Assembly (NCBI GenBank): GCA_045632465.1
Contig: JAZQWS010000068.1
Location: 1-43,254, forward strand
Reading direction: 5' to 3'
DNA: 43,254 bases
DNA from: Eubacteriales bacterium
GTDB taxonomy: Bacteria; Bacillota; Clostridia; Oscillospirales; CAG-272
In this document: positions 26,687-35,117 of the stretch, in pieces
How the letters are laid out: the number at the start of each line of letters is the position of its first letter
How positions within the stretch are numbered: the stretch's first letter is position 1
Notes under the pieces: model-generated
What the model saw: only the letters and a program-made list of their open reading frames with translations
Database searches by the model: none
What the model was told of the DNA's origin: nothing
Program-made: the position numbers and the translations under genes

Positions 26687-28084
26687 TTATGTGATTGGAT
26701 ATCCGGGAAATTGATCGTTGCCAACCAATGCGCCCGCATAGAGGTCCTCATAGATTGAGGCGATCGCATCCCATATCGTCGCGTTCACACGGCCGTTGGT
26801 ATCCGGCAATCTGTAGCTTTGTACAAACGCTCGAACTGCCGCTTCCGTGGCAGGGCCATATGCGCCATCGGGCGTTATGGCAGGAATGGAAGGGTTCTTT
26901 TTCGCAATGAAGGATAGGTACTCCTGCAAAACACGAACGTCATTTCCTTCAATGCCCAGACGCAAAATGCGCCCGGGATAGGGAATAATCTCGCCTTCGC
27001 TGAATATATAGGGGATATTTTGTACCTGGCTATAATAGATTTCCTGAATTTTATTCCATGTTAAGCGATTGACAACGCCTGTGATCGGCAACCCATATGT
27101 CCTTTGAAAAGAAATTACAGCTTCTTTCGTTGCAGGACCGAAACTGCCGTCAATGGTAACAGAGCGCACGGTTGGAACGTAGTTTGCAATATAGCTTAGA
27201 TAGTATTGCAAAACCAAAACGCCGTCTCCTTCTATGCCTTCGCTGAGTTCAGAAGGGTATTCCGTTGAAAGATCTGCAATCTTTAAGCCTTCGGAATTAA
27301 GCTCATATAATCGTTTCACGGCGTTGTAGACAGATTGTATACTGTACCAAGTATTTTTTCCAACCAATCCGTCCTCGGCGAGGCCGAAAACTTTTTGAAA
27401 TTCTTTTACCGCATCGGTGGTACTGATGTCAAAAAGTCCATCTGCCGGATAAATTTTCGGAATTCTCGGAAAATTCACCGAGATTCGGTTCAGTCGCCGT
27501 TGAAGTAATTCAACATCTCGTCCGGTGTCACCTTCCTTCAGCGGTATTGGAGGAGCGCTGGAAACGCTATTTTCGATCGGCGTATCGGAAACAATTTCGA
27601 TGTCTTGGCCGTAGTATCTTCGGAGTATTTCTATCGCCGAAAGGCCGCGGTTTGCGAGATCTACGGAGCCCCATTGCGAAAGCCCATCGCATTGCACCTC
27701 GATACCATCGCAAAAGGCGGCAAAAAGTGGCTCCAGCGATCCGTTTCTGCGAATATAATTCGTGAAAATTTCGTCAACGATATCGGAAATGTTTTCGAAT
27801 ATATCCCTTTGAAAAACAAAGGATTGATCAAATGCGGTAGAGGACGTGATATCAAAATCATAGCCGCGGCTTCTATAGTATTCTGTGTAAACTCTGTTAA
27901 GAGCTACAGAAATTTGAGCCAGAATGTTAGCTCGCAAGGATTCATCGGGCCAGGTTGGATATATTTCACTTGATGCAACGTTTTTTATATAGTCGGTAAA
28001 GCTAAGTGTTACATTGGCGGCATCCTCTGTGGGAGCACCTAAGTGAACCACTATTTTCTCGGGGATAGTTGGGTATTCAATCAT
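26687..28084 (-). CDS. sleC: SleC-family spore cortex-lytic enzyme: catalytic domain plus three peptidoglycan-binding domains, no N-terminal pre/pro region
   Basis: 'IPEKIVVHLG.P', 'DYIKNVASSEIYPTWP', 'LNRVYTEYYRSRGYDFDITSSTAFDQ', 'CDG..V.C.GLSQWGS', then three 'L..G..G.DV..LQ..L...DG.F/YG..T..AV..FQ' repeats. Confidence 0.88.
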   Translation of the reverse strand: MIEYPTIPEKIVVHLGAPTEDAANVTLSFTDYIKNVASSEIYPTWPDESLRANILAQISVALNRVYTEYYRSRGYDFDITSSTAFDQSFVFQRDIFENISDIVDEIFTNYIRRNGSLEPLFAAFCDGIEVQCDGLSQWGSVDLANRGLSAIEILRRYYGQDIEIVSDTPIENSVSSAPPIPLKEGDTGRDVELLQRRLNRISVNFPRIPKIYPADGLFDISTTDAVKEFQKVFGLAEDGLVGKNTWYSIQSVYNAVKRLYELNSEGLKIADLSTEYPSELSEGIEGDGVLVLQYYLSYIANYVPTVRSVTIDGSFGPATKEAVISFQRTYGLPITGVVNRLTWNKIQEIYYSQVQNIPYIFSEGEIIPYPGRILRLGIEGNDVRVLQEYLSFIAKKNPSIPAITPDGAYGPATEAAVRAFVQSYRLPDTNGRVNATIWDAIASIYEDLYAGALVGNDQFPGYPIT

Positions 28085-28097
28085 GGATTGCTCTCTT

Positions 28098-28502
28098 TCA
28101 GTTTAAACTAAGATTTTCTGTAATAACGGCGGTTTCATTTTCTCTCGGTGCATTCTGTTGTGTATTATAAGGTGTTGAAGGGATCATGTTGATGGGTAAA
28201 ACGGAAGTGATGCCTGAGAACATCGCGACGTCGTAAATCTTTTTTTGATAGTATCCTTCTTTGTAAATTTCGACATTGTATCTGGAAAAAGCCTCTTCTG
28301 TGTTATCGGGAGAAAGTGACAGTACGCGCGGCGGTGTTGGCAAAAGAATCGGTTGTGTGACTCCGTTTTCATCGCTTAGTATGGATATGCGCGTATCATG
28401 GCCAACATCGGATGCGCCGCTGATGCTTACGTTAACACCGGCGACCGGATATGCGCCTGAGGCAGTCGTTGTTCGAACGATCATGATTCCATATTCCTCC
28501 AT
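28098..28502 (-). CDS. Stand-alone SleC N-terminal pre-domain-like protein (carboxypeptidase regulatory-like fold)
   Basis: 'G...V....ASGAYPV.G..V.I...SDENG.T....LP.P....SL.P......FSRY.V.....GY......V..F.G......I.M.P' pattern resembles the N-terminus of clostridial SleC precursors; AAGGAGG RBS. Confidence 0.75.
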   Translation of the reverse strand: MEEYGIMIVRTTTASGAYPVAGVNVSISGASDVGHDTRISILSDENGVTQPILLPTPPRVLSLSPDNTEEAFSRYNVEIYKEGYYQKKIYDVAMFSGITSVLPINMIPSTPYNTQQNAPRENETAVITENLSLN

Positions 28503-28585
28503 AAATCGAACCTCCTTGTGGAATTCGGATAAAAAACGTGTGCATATTTCGCGCTTTTTGACAACATTTGATTTTTGTTTTGCTC

Positions 28586-28614
28586 TTGACTTTGCTGAAG
28601 TTATAGTATATAAT
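28586..28614 (+). promoter_or_regulatory. sigmaA promoter of prs
   Basis: TTGACT (28586-28591) - 17 bp - TATAAT (28609-28614). Confidence 0.75.
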
Positions 28615-28667
28615 ATTATGTGTAAAAGTTTTTGGTTCTCTTACAATCAAATATATGGGAGTTACGT

Positions 28668-29789
28668 ATGAAAGACAGTCTTTTCGGAGAGCTTAGTGTT
28701 ATTGGTATGCGCGGTTGTGAGAATTTTACCGCGGAGGTGGATTCTTACCTGAAGGAATGGAGACGCCATGACAACGATGGCACGTTTACCGTTGATGTCG
28801 CTTGTCCTCGTTTTGGAAGCGGAGAAGCTAAGGGTGCGCTCCGTCAGTCCCTTCGTGGAAATGATGTTTATATTATTGCCGATGTTTTTAATCATGGTGT
28901 AACCTACAATATGTATGGAATGACGGTTCCTATGAGCCCTGACGATCATTTTCAGGATTTGAAGCGTATCATCGGAGCGATCGGTGGTAAGGCGCGTCGT
29001 ATTAGCGTAATTATGCCTATGCTTTACGAAGGAAGACAGCATAAGCGTTCCAGCCGCGAGTCCTTGGACTGCGCGCAGGCTCTGCAGGAGCTTGTTAATA
29101 TGGGCGTAACCAATTTGATCACTTTTGACGCGCATGATCCCAGAGTGCAGAATGCAATTCCGCTTTCCGGATTTGAAAACGTGCGTTCCTCCTATCAGAT
29201 GATCAAGGCGATGCTGAATTCTTATGATGATATCAATATCGATCCCGATAATCTTATGATCATTTCTCCCGATGAGGGCGGAATGAGCAAGTGTATGTAC
29301 TATTCCTCCGTTATGGGAATTGATCTCGGCATGTTCTATAAGCGTAGAGATTATTCCGTTATCGTAAACGGAAAGAATCCTATCGTTGCGCATGAGTACC
29401 TTGGAAGAGATGTTGCCGGTAAGGATGTTATTATCATTGACGATATGATCTCCTCGGGTGATTCCGTAATCGATGTAGCTCAGCAGCTGAAGGAAAAGGG
29501 AGCAAAGCGTATTTTTGTATTTGCAACCTTCGGCCTTTTCTGTAATGGTCTTGAGAATATGGATAAGGCATATGCCGATGGTGTTTTCACCAAGATTTTC
29601 ACCACCAACCTTGTATATAGAATGCCGGAGCTTTTGAAGCGCGAATGGTATCAGGAGGTAAATATGTGCAAGTATGTCGCATATATCATTGATACCCTGA
29701 ACCATGACCGTACGATCAGCCATTTGCTGGATCAGTCCAAGAAAATACATACGATTCTTGATAAGTATAAAAAAGCAGACGTAAAATAA
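28668..29789 (+). CDS. prs: Ribose-phosphate pyrophosphokinase
   Basis: 'RFGSGE', 'MPMLYEGRQHKR', 'TFDAHDP', 'SPDEGG', PRPP-binding 'IIIDDMISSGDS'. Confidence 0.95.
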   Translation: MKDSLFGELSVIGMRGCENFTAEVDSYLKEWRRHDNDGTFTVDVACPRFGSGEAKGALRQSLRGNDVYIIADVFNHGVTYNMYGMTVPMSPDDHFQDLKRIIGAIGGKARRISVIMPMLYEGRQHKRSSRESLDCAQALQELVNMGVTNLITFDAHDPRVQNAIPLSGFENVRSSYQMIKAMLNSYDDINIDPDNLMIISPDEGGMSKCMYYSSVMGIDLGMFYKRRDYSVIVNGKNPIVAHEYLGRDVAGKDVIIIDDMISSGDSVIDVAQQLKEKGAKRIFVFATFGLFCNGLENMDKAYADGVFTKIFTTNLVYRMPELLKREWYQEVNMCKYVAYIIDTLNHDRTISHLLDQSKKIHTILDKYKKADVK

Positions 29790-29800
29790 AAAATATTTTT

Positions 29801-29841
29801 GTATTGGGTGCTGTTTTTTTCGCTGCACCCAATATGCTTTT
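29801..29841 (+). terminator. Hairpin after prs, possible partial terminator
   Basis: GTATTGGGTGC...GCACCCAATAT followed by GCTTTT. Confidence 0.5.
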
Positions 29842-29862
29842 ATAGCAATAAAGTGAGGAGCT

Positions 29863-30273
29863 ATGAGAATTACTTCCGAATCCGATTATGCGCTTCGCAT
29901 TATTACTGCACTGGCACGTCATTCTGAGGTTGTGGATGCAAAAACATTAGCGGATGAAACCTCCGTTACCCTGCGTTTTACCTTGAAAATTCTTCACAAG
30001 CTTGTTATGGATGGACTTGTGGATTCCTATAAGGGCGTTAAGGGAGGATATCTTCTGCGGCTTTCTCCGGAGGAGATTACCTTGCTCCGTGTCATCGAGT
30101 TAATAGACGGGCCGATCGCAATTGTTCGATGCCTGGATAGAGAAGAGGGATGCACGCTGAACAACGATAAAACGGCATGTATCTATCATTATATCTTCAA
30201 TTCTATCAGTGCAGACGTCGCAAAGCGTCTTTCCGGAATAACGATTGCCGATGCAATGAATAAAAAAATCTAA
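29863..30273 (+). CDS. Rrf2 family transcriptional regulator (three Cys, likely Fe-S binding)
   Basis: 'MRIT.ESDYALR', 'SYKGVKGGY.L..SPEEITL..VIE.IDG', 'C......C........C..H'. Confidence 0.92.
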   Translation: MRITSESDYALRIITALARHSEVVDAKTLADETSVTLRFTLKILHKLVMDGLVDSYKGVKGGYLLRLSPEEITLLRVIELIDGPIAIVRCLDREEGCTLNNDKTACIYHYIFNSISADVAKRLSGITIADAMNKKI

Positions 30274-30286
30274 GAAGGAGCCGACT

Positions 30287-31126
30287 ATGAATATTTCCGA
30301 AATTGGATTTCCGGGTCTTGGAATCGAACCCTTTAAGGTAAATAGTATTGCTTTTACCGTGTTTGGAATCGAAATTGCATGGTATGCTGTGATTATAACC
30401 TTCGGCATGATTATGGCGGTTTTGTATTGCTCGTATCGCGCAAAGCAAATCAATATGAAAATGGATGACGTAATTGATTTTGCGCTGGCGGCAATTCCGA
30501 TTGGTATCATTGGCGCGCGTTTGTATTATATTCTGACGAAACTGGAAAATTTCCCAACCTTCCGTGATTGGCTTGCCATTCGAGACGGTGGATTGGCAAT
30601 TTATGGTGGCATCATTGGCGGTGCAATTGCCGTTCTTGTGGTTGCAAGGGTGAAAAAAATCAAATTTTTGGCTTTTGCGGATTGCACGATGCCTGCAATT
30701 ATTTTGGCACAAGCTATTGGCCGCTGGGGCAATTTTTGCAATGGTGAGGCTTTTGGGTATGCAACGGATATCTTTTGCAGAATGTCGTTGAATAACAATT
30801 TGACTTATTACGAAACCATAATGGTGCACCCTTGCTTCCTCTATGAGTCGCTTTGGAATATTCTGGGATTCGTTTTGATCAATCTTTTTTATACCAAGCG
30901 TAAGTATGACGGTCAGATATTTGTTGCCGTTTGCGGTTGGTATGGCCTTGGACGCGCATGGATCGAAGGCTTGCGCACGGATTCACTGTATCTTCCGGAG
31001 ATTTTTGGCCTGGAAAATCTTCGTATTTCCCAGGTGCTTGCGGTAGTGATCTTTGCGCTTTGTCTTGGAATTCTTATTTACCATGCAGTTAAAAAAACAG
31101 AAAAACCATTATATATTAAAGGTTAA
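30287..31126 (+). CDS. lgt: Prolipoprotein diacylglyceryl transferase
   Basis: 'IAWYA', 'GIIGARLYY', 'GGLAIYGG', 'QAIGRWGNF.N.E.FG', 'HPCFLYES', 'IEGLRTD'. Confidence 0.96.
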   Translation: MNISEIGFPGLGIEPFKVNSIAFTVFGIEIAWYAVIITFGMIMAVLYCSYRAKQINMKMDDVIDFALAAIPIGIIGARLYYILTKLENFPTFRDWLAIRDGGLAIYGGIIGGAIAVLVVARVKKIKFLAFADCTMPAIILAQAIGRWGNFCNGEAFGYATDIFCRMSLNNNLTYYETIMVHPCFLYESLWNILGFVLINLFYTKRKYDGQIFVAVCGWYGLGRAWIEGLRTDSLYLPEIFGLENLRISQVLAVVIFALCLGILIYHAVKKTEKPLYIKG

Positions 31127-31138
31127 CGGAGTTATTAT

Positions 31139-31984
31139 ATGTTAATTGATGGAAAATTGGTTTCCGCACATGTAAAGGAAACTGTAAAGAATGAGGTAGC
31201 GGATTTTATTGAAAAAACGGGTGTTACTCCCGCATTGGCCGTTGTTGTGGTTGGAAATGATCCTGCATCTGCGGTTTACGTAAGAAATAAGCACAAGGCT
31301 TGCCTTGCTGTTGGCATTGCTTCGCATGAATATGCCTTGCCCGAAGAAACAACAGAGGCTGAGCTTTTAAAGCTGATCGCCGAGTTGAATAACAACAAGG
31401 ATATTCATGGCATCTTGGTTCAGCTTCCTTTGCCGCGCCATATTTGCGAGGAAAACGTGCTTCTTGCAATCGATCCTAAGAAGGATGTGGATGCATTCCA
31501 TCCGATGAATGTTGGTCATCTTGTTGCAGGAAATTATGATTTTCTTCCTTGCACGCCTGCGGGTGTTATGGAGTTGCTTCGCTATTATAATTTTGAGATT
31601 ACAGGAAAGCATTGTGTTATTATCGGTCGCAGTAACATCGTTGGTAAGCCGATGGCGCATCTGATGCTGGAGGCGAATGCTACCGTAACGGTTTGTCATT
31701 CACGCACGAAGAATCTTCCCGAAATTACGCGTCAGGCCGATATTTTGATCGTTGCCATAGGAAAAGCTAATTTCGTCAGTGCAGATATGATTAAGCCCGG
31801 CGCGGTTGTCATCGACGTTGGAATCAACCGCATGCCCGATGGTACTCTTGCCGGCGACATTGCAACAGCAGAGGCAGAGGCTGTGGCTGCTGCGATCACG
31901 CCCGTGCCCGGTGGTGTTGGTCCTATGACCATTGCGGTGCTGATGAAAAACACCTTAACAGCGGCAAAAAAACAGATTTTTTAA
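31139..31984 (+). CDS. folD: Methylenetetrahydrofolate dehydrogenase/cyclohydrolase
   Basis: 'YVRNK', 'GILVQLPLP', 'KDVDAFHP', 'PCTPAG', 'GRSNIVGKP', 'TPVPGGVGPMT'. Confidence 0.97.
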   Translation: MLIDGKLVSAHVKETVKNEVADFIEKTGVTPALAVVVVGNDPASAVYVRNKHKACLAVGIASHEYALPEETTEAELLKLIAELNNNKDIHGILVQLPLPRHICEENVLLAIDPKKDVDAFHPMNVGHLVAGNYDFLPCTPAGVMELLRYYNFEITGKHCVIIGRSNIVGKPMAHLMLEANATVTVCHSRTKNLPEITRQADILIVAIGKANFVSADMIKPGAVVIDVGINRMPDGTLAGDIATAEAEAVAAAITPVPGGVGPMTIAVLMKNTLTAAKKQIF

Positions 31985-32011
31985 TAAAAGCAAAAAAATA
32001 TAAAAAAACTA

Positions 32012-32040
32012 TTGACAAAACAAAAAAAATACATTATAAT
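32012..32040 (+). promoter_or_regulatory. Consensus sigmaA promoter of rpsU
   Basis: TTGACA (32012-32017) - 17 bp - TATAAT (32035-32040), with an A-rich UP-like region upstream. Confidence 0.85.
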
Positions 32041-32099
32041 AGTAAAGTGATTATTTGAGATGAATATCTCTTTGCACAGCGAAGGGAGGGGAAATAAAG

Positions 32100-32276
32100 A
32101 TGGCAGAAATCAGAGTAAAAGAAAATGAGACTTTGGATAGCGCGCTTCGTCGTTTCAAGAGACAGTGCGTAAAGTCCGGTGTTTTGACTGAGCTCCGCAA
32201 AAGAGAGCACTACGAGAAGCCCAGTGTTAAGCGCAAGAAGAAGCAGGAAGCTGCAAGAAAGCGCAAGTATAAGTAA
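32100..32276 (+). CDS. rpsU: 30S ribosomal protein S21
   Basis: Not in the ORF track; hand-translated [58 protein letters not shown] (58 aa); GGAGG RBS. Confidence 0.97.
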   Translation: MAEIRVKENETLDSALRRFKRQCVKSGVLTELRKREHYEKPSVKRKKKQEAARKRKYK

Positions 32277-32282
32277 TTAAAT

Positions 32283-32338
32283 AAAAAGCACAGATAGTTT
32301 GAAAGCAAAGTCGCTTTTCTATCTGTGCTTTTGTTTTT
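32283..32338. terminator. Bidirectional terminator between rpsU and the AraC gene
   Basis: AAAAAGCACAGATAG...CTATCTGTGCTTTTG inverted repeat. Confidence 0.8.
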
Positions 32339-33176
32339 AGAGAATTGAAACGCGCTCTTTGGGAAGGGCGCGTTTTCTGTATCTTGAAGCGGAGATCCCG
32401 ATTTTTGAGGCAAAGAATTCAGAGAAATAGTTTTCATTGGCAAATCCAACGGAATTTGCGATTTCTCTAATTGTCATGTCCGTTTCAAGCAAGAGTCGTT
32501 GACCCTCTGCCAGGCGCTTGTTCAATATATATTGTTTAGGGCTGATATGGAATGTGGCTTTGAAATAATTTGAAAAATAAAGCGTGCTCACGTTCATTTT
32601 TGCCGCAAGAAGCGAAATCGGAATTTCGACATTGTAATTTTCTTCAATATAAGAAAGAATGGATTCAAATCTCGCGAGATCCTTGTGCGCAGAGGAAGAT
32701 TCCTTAAAAAAATCTGAAAGCAGGAGTTGCATCGCGCCGTCCACCTTCATTTTAGCCTGCACTGTGTTTTTAGTATAATTTTCGATGACCGTCTCAAAAA
32801 GTGCTTCGGTCATAGGTGTACTATCGATAAAATATTGATTGGATAAAAAGCGGTGAAGCCGTAACTCCGGTGAATTGGAGCGAAAATGGATATAATATTT
32901 ATTCATGCGTCCGTTGATTTTGCTTTGAAGAATCGTAAATGCAGGGATGAAATACAGCTTTCCGGTCTCTAATTCAATGGTTCGGTCGATTAAATGTAGC
33001 GTCGCTTTTCCGCCATTAGGATCGGTTCTGTAATATAGACGATGACAATCGATCTCAAGATGCTTTTTATTCCATTCAATCAGATTCCATTCGTCTCCGA
33101 CATCTCTTCTTTCAGCAAAAGAGACTGCGAAATCGTCGTAATGTCCGGCAGATGGGAGAGAAACGGTAGAGTTCAT
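32337..33176 (-). CDS. AraC family transcriptional regulator, divergent from fucI
   Basis: 'LAAKMNVSTLYFSNYFK..F.ISP.QY', 'IREIANSVGFANENYFS..F....G.SAS.YR'. Confidence 0.92.
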   Translation of the reverse strand: MNSTVSLPSAGHYDDFAVSFAERRDVGDEWNLIEWNKKHLEIDCHRLYYRTDPNGGKATLHLIDRTIELETGKLYFIPAFTILQSKINGRMNKYYIHFRSNSPELRLHRFLSNQYFIDSTPMTEALFETVIENYTKNTVQAKMKVDGAMQLLLSDFFKESSSAHKDLARFESILSYIEENYNVEIPISLLAAKMNVSTLYFSNYFKATFHISPKQYILNKRLAEGQRLLLETDMTIREIANSVGFANENYFSEFFASKIGISASRYRKRALPKERVSIL

Positions 33177-33221
33177 TTTATATCACCTAAGTTTTGTTAA
33201 GATTTTTGCTTGTTTTATGGA

Positions 33222-33250
33222 TTGACTAAATTATAGCATTGAAGTATAAT
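33222..33250 (+). promoter_or_regulatory. sigmaA promoter of fucI-GH20
   Basis: TTGACT (33222-33227) - 17 bp - TATAAT (33245-33250). Confidence 0.75.
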
Positions 33251-33258
33251 AATGTCAA
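33230..33258 (-). promoter_or_regulatory. Consensus sigmaA promoter of the AraC gene, overlapping the fucI promoter
   Basis: Minus strand TTGACA (33258-33253) - 17 bp - TATAAT (33235-33230). Confidence 0.75.
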
Positions 33259-33287
33259 TAGATCTGATAAAAAAAGGAGATTTTTCA

Positions 33288-35093
33288 ATGGCTAAAAACA
33301 GATTGATCGGGGAATATCCCGTGATTGGAATCCGCCCCACGATAGATGGTCGTCGCGGTCCGCTTCGTGTGAGGGAATCGCTCGAGGAGCAAACGATGCG
33401 CATGGCTAACGGCGTTGCCGAGCTTTTATCAAAAAGCTTGAAGTATTCAAACGGCGATCCTGTCCGTGTTGTTATTGCGGATACAACGATCGGTCGAGTA
33501 GCCGAAGCGGCTGCTTGTGCTGAAAAGTTCAGAAAAGAAGGCGTATCTGTGACAATTACCGTAACGCCCTGCTGGTGCTACGGATCGGAAACTATGGATA
33601 TGGATCCGCACACGATCAAAGCGGTTTGGGGCTTCAATGGAACGGAGCGTCCCGGCGCGGTTTATCTCGCGGCTGTTCTTGCAGGACACGCGCAGAAGGG
33701 CTTGCCTGCTTTTGGCATCTACGGACATGATGTTCAGGATGCGAATGATGCTACTATCCCTGCGGATGTAGAGGAAAAGCTTCTTCGATTTGCCAGGGCC
33801 GCCGTTGCGGTTGCAACTATGCGCGGAAAATCCTATCTCCAGATCGGATCGCTTTGCATGGGCATTGCAGGCTCGCAGATTGATGTAAACTTTATGGAGG
33901 AATATCTTGGCCTCCGTGTGGAGTCTGTGGATGAGGTTGAGGTTATTCGCCGTATGAGCGAAGGAATCTACAACAAGGAAGAATACGCGAGAGCCTTGGC
34001 TTGGGCGGAAAAGACCTGTAAGATGGGATTTGATAAAAATCCGGATGGGCTTCGCAAATCCGATGAGCAAAAGAAAAAGGATTTTGAATTCTGCGTTTTG
34101 ATGGCTGTTATCATTAAGGATCTCATGAACGGAAATGCAAACCTGCCCGAGGGATGCGAAGAAGAAGCTGTTGGACATAACGCTATCGCCGCAGGCTTCC
34201 AAGGACAGCGTCAGTGGACGGATTTTTATCCGAACTGCGATTTTGGTGAATCTATTCTCAATACCTCCTTCGATTGGAACGGCGCTCGTGAGCCTTATAT
34301 TCTTGCAACAGAGAATGATACGCTGAATGGCATCGGAATGCTCTTTATGAAGCTTCTAACGAATCGTGCGCAGATTTTTGCAGACGTTCGCACCTATTGG
34401 TCGGGAGCGGCGGTAAAGCGCGCAACCGGTTATGATATTGAGGGACGCGCGAAGGAAGCGGATGGATTTATCCATTTGATCAACTCCGGCGCGGCTTGTC
34501 TGGATGCCAATTGCCGTGCTAAGGACGAAAACGGAAACGGTACCATGAAGGAATGGTATAACGTAACCGAAGAGGATCAGAAGGCGATTATGGATGCTGT
34601 AGAATGGGCGCCCGCAGATGCAGGCTATTTCCGCGGCGGCGGATTCTCCTCTCGATTTGTTACGAAGGCGGAGATTCCTTGCACGATGATTCGTTTGAAT
34701 CTTGTGAAAGGACTCGGACCTGTGCTTCAAATTGCAGAAGGATGGACAGTAGATCTTCCTGATGAGGTAACTGACGTGCTTTGGAAGAGAACCGATTACA
34801 CTTGGCCTTGCACTTGGTTTGTTCCTCGTTGCGACGGCGCGAGCGGCTCTCCTTTTGAGAACGCATATGAGGTAATGAACCATTGGGGCGCGAACCACGG
34901 CGCAATCAGCTACGGACATATCGGAGCAGATCTTTTGACGATGGCTTCGATGCTCAGAATTCCCGTTTGTATGCATAACGTTCCTGCGAAGGATATTTTC
35001 CGTCCTGCGGTTTGGAGTGCTTTCGGAAGCGATAAGGAAGGCCAGGATTACAGAGCTTGCGCGGCATACGGCCCGCTTTACAAAACAATTTGA
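33288..35093 (+). CDS. fucI: L-fucose isomerase (L-fucose/D-arabinose isomerase)
   Basis: '[11 protein letters not shown]', '[10 protein letters not shown]', '[10 protein letters not shown]', 'ATEND', 'FADVRTYWS', 'WGANHG'; ATG 33288 follows AAGGAG. Confidence 0.97.
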   Translation: MAKNRLIGEYPVIGIRPTIDGRRGPLRVRESLEEQTMRMANGVAELLSKSLKYSNGDPVRVVIADTTIGRVAEAAACAEKFRKEGVSVTITVTPCWCYGSETMDMDPHTIKAVWGFNGTERPGAVYLAAVLAGHAQKGLPAFGIYGHDVQDANDATIPADVEEKLLRFARAAVAVATMRGKSYLQIGSLCMGIAGSQIDVNFMEEYLGLRVESVDEVEVIRRMSEGIYNKEEYARALAWAEKTCKMGFDKNPDGLRKSDEQKKKDFEFCVLMAVIIKDLMNGNANLPEGCEEEAVGHNAIAAGFQGQRQWTDFYPNCDFGESILNTSFDWNGAREPYILATENDTLNGIGMLFMKLLTNRAQIFADVRTYWSGAAVKRATGYDIEGRAKEADGFIHLINSGAACLDANCRAKDENGNGTMKEWYNVTEEDQKAIMDAVEWAPADAGYFRGGGFSSRFVTKAEIPCTMIRLNLVKGLGPVLQIAEGWTVDLPDEVTDVLWKRTDYTWPCTWFVPRCDGASGSPFENAYEVMNHWGANHGAISYGHIGADLLTMASMLRIPVCMHNVPAKDIFRPAVWSAFGSDKEGQDYRACAAYGPLYKTI

Positions 35094-35117
35094 TTTTTGA
35101 AAGGTTAGGTCTTTATA

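Noticed and set aside
28503-28670. sigmaE/sigmaK promoter for the sleC cluster (CATAATAT, CATATATT on the minus strand)
   Set aside because: -10-like words are present but there is no -35 at the right spacing
28662-29828. 388-aa ORF antisense to prs
   Set aside because: Explained by codon bias of a conserved gene on the other strand; no motifs
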